A stretch of 64,000 bases of DNA from positions 104,534,001 to 104,598,000 of the forward strand of contig CM059431.1 in the NCBI GenBank assembly GCA_030390025.1, in the 5' to 3' direction. The position numbers and the translations under genes were made by a program. Origin of the DNA: Squalus acanthias (lineage: Eukaryota). Below, one piece after another: positions 35,733 to 48,938 of this stretch. The notes beneath the pieces are model-generated. The model did no database searches. It worked only from the letters and a program-made list of their open reading frames with translations, and had not been told where the DNA came from. Each line of letters opens with the position of its first letter. Within the stretch, counting starts at the first letter, position 1.

Positions 35733-36806
35733 AAGTAGGAGTAAATGGGTACTTTTCAGAATGGCAGGCAGTGACCAGCGGGGTACCGCAGGGTTCGGTG
35801 CTGGGACCCCAGCTGTTTACATTATATATTAATGATTTGGACGAAGGGATTAAATGTAATATCTCCAAATTTGCGGATGACACTAAATTGGGAGGCAGTG
35901 TGAACAATGAGGAGGATGCTAGGAGGCTACAGAGTGACTTGGACAGGTTGGGTGAATGGGCAAATATATGGCAGATGAAGTACAATGTGGATAAATGTGA
36001 GGTTATCCACTTTGGTGGTAAAAATAGAGAGGCGGACTATTACCTGAATGGTGGCAAATTAGGGAAAGGGGAGGTGCAACGAGACCGGGGCGTCATGGTA
36101 CATCAGTCACTGAAGGTGGGAATGCAAGTGCAGCAGGCAGTCAAGAAAGCAAACGGAATGATGGCCTTCATAGTAAGGGGATTTGAGTACAGGAGTAGGG
36201 AGGTGATGCTGCAGTTGTACAGGGCCTTGGTGAGGCCACACCTGGAGTATTGTGCGCAGTTTTGGTCTCCTAACTTAAGGAAGGACATTCTTGCTATTGA
36301 GGGAGTGCAGCGAAGGTTCACTAGATTGATTCCTGGGATGGCCGGACTGACATATCAAGAAAGATTGGGTCAACTGAACTTGTATCCTCTGGAGTTCAGA
36401 AGAATGAGGGGGGATCTTATAGAGACATTTAAAATCCTGACTGGTTTAGACAAATTAGATGCGGGCAGAATGTTCCCAATGTTAGGGAAAACTAGAACCA
36501 GGGGTCACAGTCTACGGATTAAGGGGAAGCCATTTAAGACTGAGCTGAGGAGGAACTTCTTCACCCAGAGAGTGGTGAATCTATGGAATTCTCTTCCACA
36601 GAAGGTTGTTGAGGCCAGTTCGCTAAATATATTCAAAAGGGAGTTAGATATAACACTCACAACTAGGGGGATCAAGGGGTATGGTGAGAAAGCAGGAATG
36701 GGGTACTGAGGTAGCATGTTCAGCCATGAACGCATTGAATGGCAGTGCAGGCTCGAAGGACCGAATGGTCTACTCCTGTACCTATTTTCTATGTTTCTAT
36801 GTTTCT
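35733..36806 (+). mobile_element. 5'-truncated CR1 LINE with an open RT C-terminal frame (to 36709)
   Basis: Reads VTSGVPQGSVLGP, KFADDTK, LYRALVRPHLEYC; tail TTCTATGTTTCTATG. Inserted in a minus-strand CR1 with AGAAG(T/G)AGG on both flanks. Confidence 0.92.
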
Positions 36807-37240
36807 AGAAGGAGGCCATTCGGCCCATCGTGTCCGTGCCGGCCGACAAAGAGCTATCCACCCTAATCCCACTTTCCAGCTCTTGGTCCGTAGCCCTGTA
36901 GGTTACAGCACTTCAAGTGCATATCCAAGTACTTTTTAAATGTGATGAGGGTTTCTGCCTCTACCACCCTTTCAGGCAGTGAGTTCCAGACCCCCACCAC
37001 CCTCTGAGTGAAAAAATCTCTCCTCAAATCCCCTCAAAACATTCTACCAATTACTTTAAATCTATGCCCCCTGGTTATTGACCCCTCTGCTAAGGGAAAA
37101 AGGTCCTTCCTATCCAGTCTATCTAGGCCCCTCATAATTTTATACACCTCAATTAGGTCTCCCCTCAGCCTCCTCTGTTCCAAAGAAAACAACCCCAGCC
37201 TATCCAATCTTTCCTCATAGCTAAAATTCCCCAGCCCAGC
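36807..37240 (-). mobile_element. CR1 3' fragment, its tail lying at about 35704-35732
   Basis: GGCCATTCGGCCC 3' UTR motif and CR1 C-terminal coding sequence. Confidence 0.8.
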
Positions 37241-37629
37241 ATTGTTACATTGTGAAAGAAAGGATTAGAAGCAATAGGGGTGATTTTAATCCTACTCGCT
37301 CAGCAGAAACCTGGCGGGTGGGCAGTTAAAATCGCCCGGGCTCTTCCCTGTCCGAAAGCCGCCATGATCGCAACATCTGCAATTTTAACCTGCTCTCCTG
37401 AGCAGGCAGCAAGGACACATGCCCGGAGCCAACAGGGTCCTTCTTTACATTGATACCCGACTGTAATTTTAACTTAGGCCTGAGCGGGGAATCCACCTGG
37501 AGTTAAAATCGGGGTTACACAGTGAGTTGTTACGATATGGAAAGCCCTTTCGGAAACAGAATTGGATCAACACTTGATCAAGAATTTTTTTTTAAAGGTA
37601 TGGGCAAATTGCAGGAGTACTGATTATTA

Positions 37630-38772
37630 AGAACACAAGAACATAAGAATTAGGAGCAGGATTAGGCCATTCGGTCCTTCGAGCCTGCTCCGCCATTCAA
37701 TAAGATCATGTCTGATCTTCAACCTCAACTCCACTTTCCTGCCCGATCCCCATATCCCTCGATTCCATTACAGTCTAAAAATCTATCGATCTCAGCCTTG
37801 AATACACTCAATGACTGAGCACCCACAGCCTTTTCAGGTAGAGAATTCCAAAGATTCACAACCCTCTGAGTGAAGAAATTTCTCCTCATCTCAGTCCTAA
37901 ATAGCCGACCTCTTATCCTGAGACTGTGACCCCTGGTTCTAGACTCTCCAGCCAGGGGAAACAGAATAAGAACATAAGAACAAAAGAAATAGGAGCGGGA
38001 GTAGGCCATTCGGCCCCTCGAGCCTGCTCTGCCATTCAATAAGATCATGGCTGATATGATCTTGGCCGCAACTCCACTTCCCTGCCCGCGCCACATAACC
38101 ATTGATTCAAAGATCTGTCTATCTCTGCCTTGATTATATTCAATGACTGAGTCTCCACAGCTCTCTGGGGTAGAGAATTCCAAAAATTCACGACCCTCTG
38201 AGAGAAGAAATTCCTCCTCATCTCCGTTTTAAATGGGCGACCCCTTATTCTGAAACTATGCCCCCTAGTTCTAGATTCCCCCACGAGGGGAAACATTCTC
38301 TCAGCATCTACCCTGTCAAGCCCCCTCAGAATCTTATATGTTTCAATAAGATTACCTCTCATTCTTCTAAACTCCAATGAGTATATGCCCAACCTGCTCA
38401 ACCTTTCCACATAAGACAACCCCTTCAACTCAGGAATCAACCTAGTGACCCTTCTCTGAACTGCCTTCAATGCAAGTATATCCTTCCCTAAATAAGGAGA
38501 CCAAAACTGTATGTAGTACTCCAGGTGTGGTCTCACTAACGCCCTGTACAGTTGTAGCAAGACTTCTCTACTTTTATACTCCATCCCCCTTGCAATAAAG
38601 GCCAATATTCCATTTGCCTTCCTAATTACTTGCTGTACTTGCATGTTAACTCTCTGTGATTCGTGTACAAGGACACCCAAGTCCCTCTGAACACCAACAT
38701 TTAATAGTTTCTCACCAGTTAAAAAATATTCTGTTTCTCTAATCTTCCTACCAAAGTGAATAACCTCACATT
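37630..38772 (-). mobile_element. Two tandem CR1 3' fragments
   Basis: ORFs 37725-38183 and 38045-38680, with (AAGAACAT)n tails near 37630 and 37967. Confidence 0.88.
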
Positions 38773-38936
38773 ATTGATAGGGTTAGATGAAGAGGGGTGG
38801 GAGGAGGCTTGTGTGGAGCATAAACACCTGTTTCTGTGCTGTACATTCTATGTAATTGGAAAGCTGGTCTGACTTTGATGTTCAAAGAGAATAGTACTGT
38901 GGCGTGAGGCTGCAGTTAACCCACTATGCAGATTCA

Positions 38937-39390
38937 GTGTCAGCTGTGGCTCAGTGAGTAGCACTCTCGCCTCTGAGTCAGAAGGTTGTGGGTTCATAGT
39001 CCCACTCCAGGGACTTGAGCACATTCCAGTGCAATGCTGAGGGAGCGCTGCACTGTCACAGGTGTCGTCTTTCAGATGAGACGTTAAATCGAGGCTCCGT
39101 CTGCCCTCTCAGGTGGACAGAAAAGATCCCACGGCACTATTTCGAAGAAGAGAAGGGGGAGTTATCCCCGGTGTCCTGGCCAATATTTATCCCTCAATCA
39201 GCATAACAAAAAACAGATTATCTGCTCATTATCTCATTGATGTTTGTGGGAGCTTGCTGTGCGCAAATTGGCTGTCGTGTTTCCTACATTACAACAGTGA
39301 CTCCACTTCAAAAAGTACTTCATTGGCTGTAAAGCGCTTTGGGACACCTTGCGGTCATTAAAGGCGCTGTAGAAATGCAAGTCTTTCTTT
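38937..39390 (+). mobile_element. DeuSINE
   Basis: Full head, body and tail. Confidence 0.85.
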
Positions 39391-40082
39391 ACTCACATCC
39401 ACTTTTTGCACACAGTTTAAAAAGTTTCTCGGGCTCTTTTGTTTGACTGTAATGACAGAAGAAGACTGATAGGAGGTGCGAGGCGTACAGTTTTGAATAT
39501 TGCTGCGAGGATTATATTAGAGATGTCTGCTAGGATTAGATTTATGAATTTAATTGAACTTTCATTCATGGAGCTATCTGCCAGAAGAACAGCGAACACC
39601 CATTGAAATGGCAGACAGCGACATGAATAAAACTTTTAGACAGCTTCACAGAATTGATCATGGAACCATTCTGTGTTCTCACAAGCTCACTATTATCAAA
39701 TTATACTATTCATAGATCTTCAACAGAGAAAAAAAAACAATTGATTGTGCCGGTATTCATACTTTCCCCATCTCCCGCTAACATTTCGGAAATATCTTAT
39801 GTCGGAATTTAGGTTTGACTTGACTCAGTCTAAAGTATAGGTTATTTCAGCAGTTAGATGAAGTGCTGCTCCGAGGTTTGAACACCGCGACTCGGACGTA
39901 GCTGTAATATTTGTACGATATCACAAAAAAATGATGCCATTCCAAAATGTGAGTGCTTTAAATGTTATTTATATTTTATAGGATCTTGAAGTTGTGACTT
40001 TCTAGATTTGCAGAGTTCGATGCCCTCCTCCTTTCCCTGCCTCTGTACTTGCTTAAAAGCTGTTAAATCTCCAACTTCTACC

Positions 40083-40120
40083 AGTTCTGACGAAAGGTCA
40101 TTGACCTGAAACGTTTAACT
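40083..40120 (+). ncRNA. Hammerhead motif (family 2) within a Penelope-like fragment (about 40025-40222)
   Basis: AGTT-CTGACGA-A-AGGTC(ATT)GACCT-GAAA-CGTTT-AACT, with one extra T near the cleavage site. Confidence 0.7.
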
Positions 40121-41253
40121 CTGTTTCTCTCTCCACAGATGCTGCCTGACCTGCTGCGTGGTTCCAGCACTTTCTGTTTTTATTTCAGATTTCCAGCATC
40201 CGCAGTATTTGGCTTTTGTATTAGATCAGAAGTGCAAGGTCAATTCAGAGAGAAGGAATTCAGGGAAAGGGAAGTGGGACTAATTGGACAGTTCTTTCAA
40301 AGAGCCGGCACAGGCACGATGGGCCAAATGGCCTCCATCTGTGCTGTATCATTCTATGATTCTATGATTAAGGCACTCATGAGCGCAGGTATTTTGCAAG
40401 AAGGAATGCCAAAGAGAGGTAACCATGCCTACTCTCATATATCTCCTGGGAGCTATTTACAGCCTGGCATTGACAACAACCTGGGAATAAATTGTTCACC
40501 AACCTATCTAAGGTGGATGGTGTGGTTCGGAGAATGATGTTGGTGTGGTAGCTGAAGATGCAAACACTATCAAGACTGGCTAGATGCAATACTTGCCAGA
40601 GACTCTCTGCAGTATAGGCTGAGACCCCGATTTTAACTCCAGGTGAATTCCCCGCTTGGGCCTGAGTTAAAATTACAATCGGGTCCCAATGATGTCATCG
40701 GGCTGCAACATGCCGATGTAAAGAAGGACCCTGTTGGCTCCGGGCGCCTGTCCTTGCTGCCTGCTCGGGAGAGCAGGTTAAAATTGCAGATGTTGCGACC
40801 ATGGCGGCTTTCGGACAGGTAAGAGCCAGGGTGATTTTAACTGCCCGCCCGCCAGGTTTCTGCTGAGCGAGCAGGGTTAAAATCTCCCCCTAAATGTGGT
40901 GCATCAGTAGTTTGAGGGCAGAGACAGACTATGGGGAAGTCTTATGGAATGGGTTGGGAGCAGGTTGAGAAAGGGTTACAAGAAGAAGTTGCATCAAGGT
41001 TTCTGTTAGTGTGTTGGAGATATTCTTTAACCTTGGGATCATTGTTGACAAGGAATATAAACGTGTATCATGCATTGTCTCATTGCTATAATACCCATAC
41101 CAAAGATTGATGCTAAACATGCAGCTGGTATCAATTCATGGTTAAAAAGTAATGCATCAACTACCCAACAGTAAAACTACTATCAATATTTTGTTGACGG
41201 AAACATTGTGACGGACTTTTCCACTCCTCTATTTCTGCAATGTGAGGAAAGAT

Positions 41254-41825
41254 GGGAATGATTTTAACCCTGCTCGTTCAGTAGAAACCTGGCGGGTGGG
41301 CAGTTAAAATCGCCCTGGCTCTCCCCTGTCCGAAAGCCGCCATGATCGCAACATCTGCATTTTTAACCTGCTCTCCTGAGCGGGCAGCAAGGACATGCGC
41401 CCGGAGCCAACGGGGTCCTTCTTTACACCTGCATGTTGCGGCCTGATGACATCATTGAGACCCGACCGTGACTCTGCTGGAGTGCATGGGGCTGATCGAG
41501 CCGGATTGCGACTACCGTCTGGGACCAGCTGACTGGTCCCAATGCAGAGCCTGCCGTGATGGCCCTTCGCTTTAAGAGAGGGAAGGAGCCTCGGAACACA
41601 GCAGCGCTGCACGGCCCATTGTCCAGCGCTGCACACCCACCGCCCCGCCCACATCCTTTAGCGCTCAGGATGGAAGGGGAGCGCTTGATTTAGCGTTCCA
41701 CTTCCTTCCTGGAGTGCAAACACTGAATTTAGAAAAAGCCGGGAATCATTAGCGCCCTGGCACTAAGTTTCCCAGCTTTCAACCATTACCGCCCTCAAAC
41801 GGGGCGATACCGAATTTCTCCCCCC
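41254..41825. mobile_element. Chimeric Harbinger-like element
   Basis: Left about 215 bp match the 265-bp MITE. Right end is the reverse complement of the 22724-type left end (GAATTTCTCCCCC). Confidence 0.65.
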
Positions 41826-42337
41826 ATGTGCTATCTGTACATTTCAGTCCCATAACTCTGAATTGTAATTTTTTTAATTCATACATGTGAATATCAGATA
41901 ATAAAAATAGCTTTTAATCACTGTTATTAAAAGCAAATTAAATCTGTCAGCAAACAAAAGGTTAAGGACCAGGGAATGTAATTCCTTTGCAAATACTTTG
42001 TCATGCAGATTATAATTTAATTTGAAGAAAGGAATTTATATGATTACTCATAACATGCTTTAACTTACTCATACACTTTATATGCCATGCTGTGTGATAA
42101 ACACTTTATATGCCATGCTGTGTGATAATGCAGCTATTTGAGTCTTTATTATAATTGTATTGTGTGTGTAGGAACCAACCCTATATTAACTGTCTCACCA
42201 TTTTCATGCTCTTGCTGTAATTTATATGATTAAATTGTTTTAGACTTCTTTACCCTTTGGATGAATAAACACTTAGAACGTTAGTTTTATTCAATAGTTT
42301 CCTAAAGGAAATAACCACTGATGTTGCTTATGATAAT

Positions 42338-42864
42338 TCATAAGAAGATAAGAAATCGGAGCAGGAGTCGGCCACTCGGCCCTTCGAACCTACTCCGCCA
42401 TTCAATAAGATCATGGCTGATCTTCTACCTCAACTCCACCTTCCTGCACTATCCCCATATCCCTTGAGGAGTATGTTCGAGTACTATGCACAGCTCTGGT
42501 CTCCTGGAGAAGGTGCAACAAAGATTCACAAGGATGAGTCCAGAATTGAGAGGATATACTTATCAGGAAAGGCTGGAGCAGGCTGGGACTCTTTTCTTTA
42601 TAGAGGTCTTTAAAATTATGACAGGGTTCGATAGGGTAGACGGAGAGAGGATGTTTCCACTTGTGGGGGGAGACCAAAACTAGCGTGCCATAAATATAAG
42701 ATAGTCACTAATAAATCCAATAGGGAATTCAGGAGAAGCGCATAAGGATGAAAGATATGCTGTTAGGGTCAGATGGAGAGGGATGGGAGGAGGTTTGTGT
42801 GGAGCATAAACGCTGGCATAAAGCAGTTTGGTCGAATGCCCTCTTTCTGTGCTGTAGACTCGAT
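42338..42864. mobile_element. CR1 fragments (minus 42338-42468, plus 42470-42864)
   Basis: CR1 3' UTR and tail motifs; LEKVQQRFTRM...IEVFKIM. Confidence 0.7.
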
Positions 42865-43575
42865 GGGCTGGAATTTTCTCAATGGGGGCGCGTTGGGGGC
42901 GGGACTGCTGTTTGTCGGGTTTCAGTCCCACCCCTAATGATGTCCGGCCAACCCACGCTATTTTCCCGTGGCTGACCTTGTTAAGCCCGCCCAGCGGGCT
43001 TAGCCGGCCAAATAAGGGAAAGCCGGTGACAGAGGACGTCAGAGTATGACGTTTCATCTGTTAAACATTTTTGCCAGATGAATTGTCAGCGTTTCACAGC
43101 TTTGAGACACTGACAATCTCTGTTCTATGGTGAGCCCTTGCACAAAGACTCACCAAAATCTCTTTCCTCTGCAGAAATCAGATGGTTGTTGCATCGGAGA
43201 ATGCAGCAGCCATTCTGTCATCTCTGCCGTTGAGATGAGGCACCTCCGGATCCCCAAGGGTTGAAGCCTGCAGAAAGAAGCAAAGGTAAGTAAACTTTTT
43301 CCAACATTTTACACTCACCTCCCATACTTACCTCTCCACACTTGCACCCATCACTCACCTCCACAATTAACTACCTGTTAACAGGCAGTTAATTGGCTCT
43401 AATCCCCTTCCCGCCTCGAAGAGGCGGGTCCCTGCGCGAGTCAGGGACCCGCCTCCCGTGAAGATGACACAGAGGCGGGTTGGGAATGGGTTCGGTACCC
43501 GCTCCCAGTTTCTGCCATTTTCCCAGCAGTCCCGCCTCCATACCCACCTCCTGAGGGCTGGGAAAATTTACCCCC
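42865..43575. mobile_element. Non-autonomous Harbinger-like element inserted in a CR1 tail
   Basis: Ends GGGCTGGAATTTT/AAAATTTACCCCC, TSD GAT. Tail resumes as GTAATTCTATGA. Confidence 0.8.
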
Positions 43576-43866
43576 GATGTAATTCTATGAAATATGTAAT
43601 GTTATTCTCTGTATTGTAAAACACATTATTCTGATGCTAAAGTGAGATTCAGACCCTTTCCAGCCAGGAAGCATAATTACTGTTAAGTAAATACTAGGAG
43701 AGGCTTAAGATCACAGCTTTGTCTTTCTTTCTAAGTGCAATTCCTGAAGCCACTCAGGTTACAGGCACTCTGGCTCCTGGATCGAACGACTGTCTTTATT
43801 TTTTAAGTGTGTTTGGGTATTTTCACTGAATGGTCAGAGATATTAGGCCGGAATTCACGGTGGGTA

Positions 43867-46800
43867 ATCATAGAATGGTTACAGCACAGAAGAAGGCCAT
43901 TCGGCCCGTTGAGCCCGTGCCGGCTCTCTGCAAGAGCACTTCAGCTAGTCCCACTCCCCCGCCCTTTCCCCGTAGCCCTGTGGATTTATTTCCTTCAGGT
44001 ACTTATCCAATTCCCTTTTGAAAGCTGTGATTGAATCTGCCTCCACCACCCTTTCAGGCAGTGCATCCCAGATCCTAACTACTCGCTGTGTAAAAAAGTT
44101 TTTCCTCATGTCGCCTTTGGTTCTTTTGCCAATCACCTTAAATCTGTGTCCTCTGGTTCTCGACCCTTCCGCCAATGGGAACAGTCTCTCTCTATCTACT
44201 CTGTCCAGACCCCTCATGATTTTGAACACCTCGATCAAATCTCCTCTCAATCTTCTCTGCTCCAAGGAGAACAACCCCAGCTTCTCCAGTCTATCAATGT
44301 AACTGAAGTCCCTCATTCCTGGAATCATTCTCGTAAATCTTTTCTGCACCCTCTCTAAGGCCTTCACATTGTGGGATCGCAAAATAGGCCTGTGAAACAA
44401 AACCTGAATCCACTAGTCTTTAAATATATATTAACCAAGGCTGTAGGGCGGTAATATTAGAAATCATGTTTAAAGGATGGTTAATTCACTTATAGAGATA
44501 TATTAAAGGCGTACATATAGCCTTTAGATAGTTGCAAAGCATGATGGACTACTTGTCCATTATATATATTAACCCTTTTCTTTAACTAGTACTATAAGAA
44601 TAGCTGCTTACAACCAGACTATTGGTGCCATTATACTGATTTCCAGGCATTTCAGAATGTCGTTATCAGTGCTACAGAAGCAGTGTTAATATGTAGTTGG
44701 CCTTCTGAAGAGATAAGGGAAACTGAATTGTACAGGGAGTCGACCATTTCTCTCTCGGCCTCAGACACCTTATCTCCCTTTGGAGCTGACATTGTTTATC
44801 ATAATAAGCTTTTCTCGAGAATTAACAAAGTGTTGGTCAGGTACAACCGCATGGGAAAGGAAAGATAAGCGTGGTACGACCTTGTTTAAGAGACAAGATG
44901 GAGTCTAGTAGACCTCGCTCCCAAAGACTAGATGAAGGCCCCATGTATAACAATTATGTGTTATGTTTAATGTCACAGAACATTTCAGGGCAGCTCCCAA
45001 CAACGAGTGACTGATCATTAACCAATAAGGGAGCAATGGTAGCGACGCTGTTTGTATGTGTACGCCCACTTTTGTAGCCGGTGGGTGTTGCCTATCGAAA
45101 GGTATATCAATGCTTGTATGTAGGTTTTCCTTTGAGAGTTAGGTGCGGGTCTGAGGAGACCAACCTCTCTCCCTTTGTGCACAAGGCCTTCTGGCTGGTT
45201 TCTAATAAACTTTTACTTTGTCTTCAGTTCCGTCTCTGTTTGGTTTTGCTCCAATAATTCGAATCTAACAACATCCTTCCTAAAGTGTGGTGCCCAGAAT
45301 TGGACACAGTACTCCAGTTGGGGCCGAGCCAGTGTTTTATACAGGTTCATCATAATTTCCACACTTTTGTATTCTATACCTCTATTTATGAAGCCCAGGA
45401 TCCCGTAAGCCTTTTTAACTGCTTTCTCAACCTGCCCTGCCACCTTCAATGATTTGTGCACACATACCCCCAGGTCTCTCTGTTCGTGCACCCCCTTCAG
45501 GATTGTACCATTTAGTTTATATGTCCTCTCCTCATTCTTTCTACCAAAATGTATCACTTCGCACTTTTCTGTGTTAAATTTCATCTGCCACGTGTCTGCC
45601 CATTTCACCAGCCTGTCTATGTCTTCTTGAAGTCTATCACTCTCTTCCTCACTGTTCACTGTACTTCCAAGTTTTGTGTCATCTGCAAATTTTGAAATTG
45701 TGCCCTGTACACCCATGTCCAAGTCATTAATATATATCAAGAAAAGCAGTGGTCCTAGAACTGACCCCTGGGAACACCACTGTATACCTTCCTCCAGTCC
45801 GAAAAACAACCGTTCACCACTACTCTCTGTTTCCTGTCACTTAGCCAATTCCATATCCATGCTGCCACTGTCCCTTTTATTCTATGGGCTTCAACTTTGC
45901 TAGAAAGCCTATTATGTGGCACTTTGTCGAACGCCTTTTTGAAATCCATGTACACTACGTCAAGAAAAGCAGTGGTCCTAGAACTGACCCCTGGGAACAC
46001 CACTGTATACCTTCCTCAATCCTCATCAACCCTCTCTGTTACCTCATCAAAGAACTCAATCAAGTTAGTTAAACAGGATATGCCATTAACAAATCCGTGC
46101 TGGCTTTCCTTAATTACTCCACACTTGTCCAAGTGACTGTTAATTTTGTCCCTGATTACTGTTTCTAAAAGCTTCCCCACTACCAAGGTCAAACTGACTG
46201 GCCTGTAGTTGCTGGGTTTATCTTTACACCCTTTCTAACAATGGTGTAACATTTTCAATTCTCCAGTCCCCTGGCACCACCCCTGTATTTAAGTAGGATT
46301 GGAATATTATGGCCAGTACCTCCGCGATTTCCTCCCTCAATTCCCTCAGCATCCTAAGATGCCTCCCATCCGCTCCTTTTATATTGGCTGCCATTCTATT
46401 CTCATACCCTCTCTTTGCCCCTCTTATTTTCTTTTTCACTTCTCCTCTGACTTTTCTATATATAGCCTGATTCTCAGATGTATTTGCAACCTGAAATCTG
46501 TCATACGCACTCTTTTTCTGCTTCATCATATTGTCTATCTCTTTTGTCATCCAGGGAGCCCTGACTTTAGTTGCCCTGCCTTTCCCCCTAGTGGGAATGT
46601 ACCTCAACTGTACCTGAACTATTTCCTCTTTAAAGGCAGCCCATTGTTCCATTACAATTTTGCCTGCCAATCTTTGATTCCAGTATACCCGGGCCAGATC
46701 CGTTCTCGTCCCACTGAAATTGGCCTTCCCCCAGTTAAACATTTTTACTCTAGATTGCTCCCTGTCCTTTTCCATATCTAATCTAAACCTTATGATACCA

Positions 46801-46870
46801 TGATCACTGTTCCCTAAATGTTCACCTACTGACACTTGCTCCACTTGACCTACCTCATTTCCCAGAACCA
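43867..46870 (-). mobile_element. Longer degraded CR1 ORF2 fragment interrupted by a solo LTR
   Basis: GEHLGNSDH (endonuclease end), DFKKAFDKVPH, QGSVLGP, KFADDTK and the C-terminus, spread over several frames. Confidence 0.88.
44370..45270 (+). mobile_element. Solo LTR (901 bp)
   Basis: TGT...ACA termini and exact 4-bp TSD ACAT. CR1 reads through once the insert is removed. TATA-like motif near 45102, AATAAA near 45204. Confidence 0.85.
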
Positions 46871-48213
46871 GCGTTCACTGTTATTACCACTTTGAAACTG
46901 ACCGCAACTTCAGGATTTAGCACATGCGCATCTAAACGCAGAAATCCCGAAGTTGCGGTCAGTCATTCACTGGTCCAATACTTGCTGTGCTGTTGACCGC
47001 ACCCCCCCCCCCCAGAGCCGCCAATCAATGTAATCAGTGAAACTGATGAAAACCTGGGCTTTTCTGCGGTAATATCGCTGTTAAACACCCCATTAATTAT
47101 TAAGCCTTGTTGGATTAGGTCTAACTGGGGTTTTAACAGAGTAGTGACTGCTAAAGAAACATTGGCCCTGAAAAACTAATATTAATTTTGTGGGGTGTCA
47201 AATTTCTCCATTATGATAAAAATTACAATTTTTTAGAAAACTTTTTAAAAAGTTTTTTTTAATGTTTTTTAAAAGTTTGTTCATGATTATTTCAGCTTAT
47301 ACCTTAGCCCCATGTGAGAGCCCCAATCTTTGTTTTGCTCTCTGTAACATTTTGAAAAAGTCAGGATAAAAGCAGGTTCTCATTTCCTGCTTCCCTGTCT
47401 GTGGCAACTCTGCTTCCACATTCTCACTACACTCTGACAAAGAAGATTCTCCTGAATTCCTTAGTGACTATCTTACATTGATTGCATCCAATTTTGGTCT
47501 CCCCCACAAGTGGAAACATCTTCGCTACGTCTACCCTATCCAAAACTCCTTCTTAATTTTAAAGACCTCTATCGGGTCATCTCTCAGCCTTCTCTGTGCT
47601 AGAGAAAAGAACCTCAGCCTGTTCAATCTTCGCTGATCGTCTTTCCCATTATTTGGTTCATTGATACGAGACTGATGACACTTTCGAATATTTCAGAATG
47701 AGCAATGCCACAGGAGCTTCTTGCGGTAGATAGGTAGGTCGGTCGGTCGGTCGGCGGAGGCAGTGACGTTGCAGCGAATGGATTTTTCATTACTTAGTTT
47801 CATCCTTTCAAGCCTTCTGGGTTTATTTTGCATTCCTTCTTTGTTCGCCGTGATTGATTTCAGCTTCCTTTTGAAAGGAGTGACATTTTGTGAAGGAGAG
47901 CCAAAGGAAAAAAAGCTATTTACCAACCGCCAGACGATGATAATATCATTCACACATCTAACAGATGCAATAATCTGTCATATTAATATCACCACCAGTC
48001 GTTCAATATCAATTGACTGTGTATCAAGCATTGGACTTGCACCAGCTTCATCTCCTAACAGAACTGACAATTTATTTTGACTATGAGTATCAGCTGTATA
48101 TTTAGTTTGCGGTGCAATGGCAATTATTGCTGCCGTGACTTCGGGAAAAGGGACATTGTCCTTTTCTTTGTCAACTGTGACAGCTCACGTGACAAGGTTA
48201 TGAATAAACTTGC

Positions 48214-48938
48214 ATGTCAGCTGCGGCTCAGTGGGCTGCACTTCTCGCCTGTGAATCCAAAGGTTTTGGGTTTACAGTCCTCACTCCAGAGACTTCAGCA
48301 CTAAAATCTAGGCTGACACTCCAGTGCAGTACTGAGGGAAGTGCTGCACGCTCAGAGGTGCCGTCTTTTCAGATGAGATGTTAAACCGAGACCCCGTCTG
48401 CTCTCTCAGGTGGATGTAAAAGATCCCGTGGTGCTATTTTTCAAGAAGAGCAGGGGAGTTATCCCCGGTGTCCTGGACAATTTTCATCCCTCGAACTGCG
48501 TCACTAAAAAACAGATTATCTGTTCATTTATCACATTGCTGTTTGAACATAAGAACATAAGACGTAGGAGCAGGAGTAGGTCATTTGGCCCCTCAAGCCT
48601 GCCCCGACATTCGATAAGATCATGGCTGATCTGATCTTGGCCTCAACTCCACTTCCCTGCCCGCTCCCCATAACCCTTGACTCCCTTATCGTTCAAAAAT
48701 CTGTCTATCTCCACCTTAAATATATTCAATGACCCAGCCTCCACAGCTCTCTGGGGTAGAGAATTCCAAAGACTCACGACCCTCTGAGAGAGGGAGCTTG
48801 CTGTGCGCAATTTGACTGCTGCATTTCCTACATTACAACAGTGACTGCACTTTAAAAGTACTTCATTGGCTGTAAAGCACTTTGGGACATCCGGTGATCG
48901 TGAAAGGCGCGATATAAAGACAAAGCTGTCTTTCTTTT
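48214..48938 (+). mobile_element. DeuSINE with a nested minus-strand CR1 3' end (48546-48790)
   Basis: SINE breaks at TTGCTGTTTG and resumes at GGGAGCTTGCTG. Confidence 0.82.

Noticed and set aside
35498..36709. 403-aa ORF as a host gene or autonomous LINE
   Set aside because: Only the part from about 35733 is CR1 RT. The N-terminus is read-through of flank and there is no endonuclease or 5' RT portion.
38937..39010. tRNA genes at SINE heads
   Set aside because: Each head continues directly into the SINE body and no complete cloverleaf is evident.
42073..42128. 28-bp tandem duplication
   Set aside because: Real but an ordinary two-copy slippage event.
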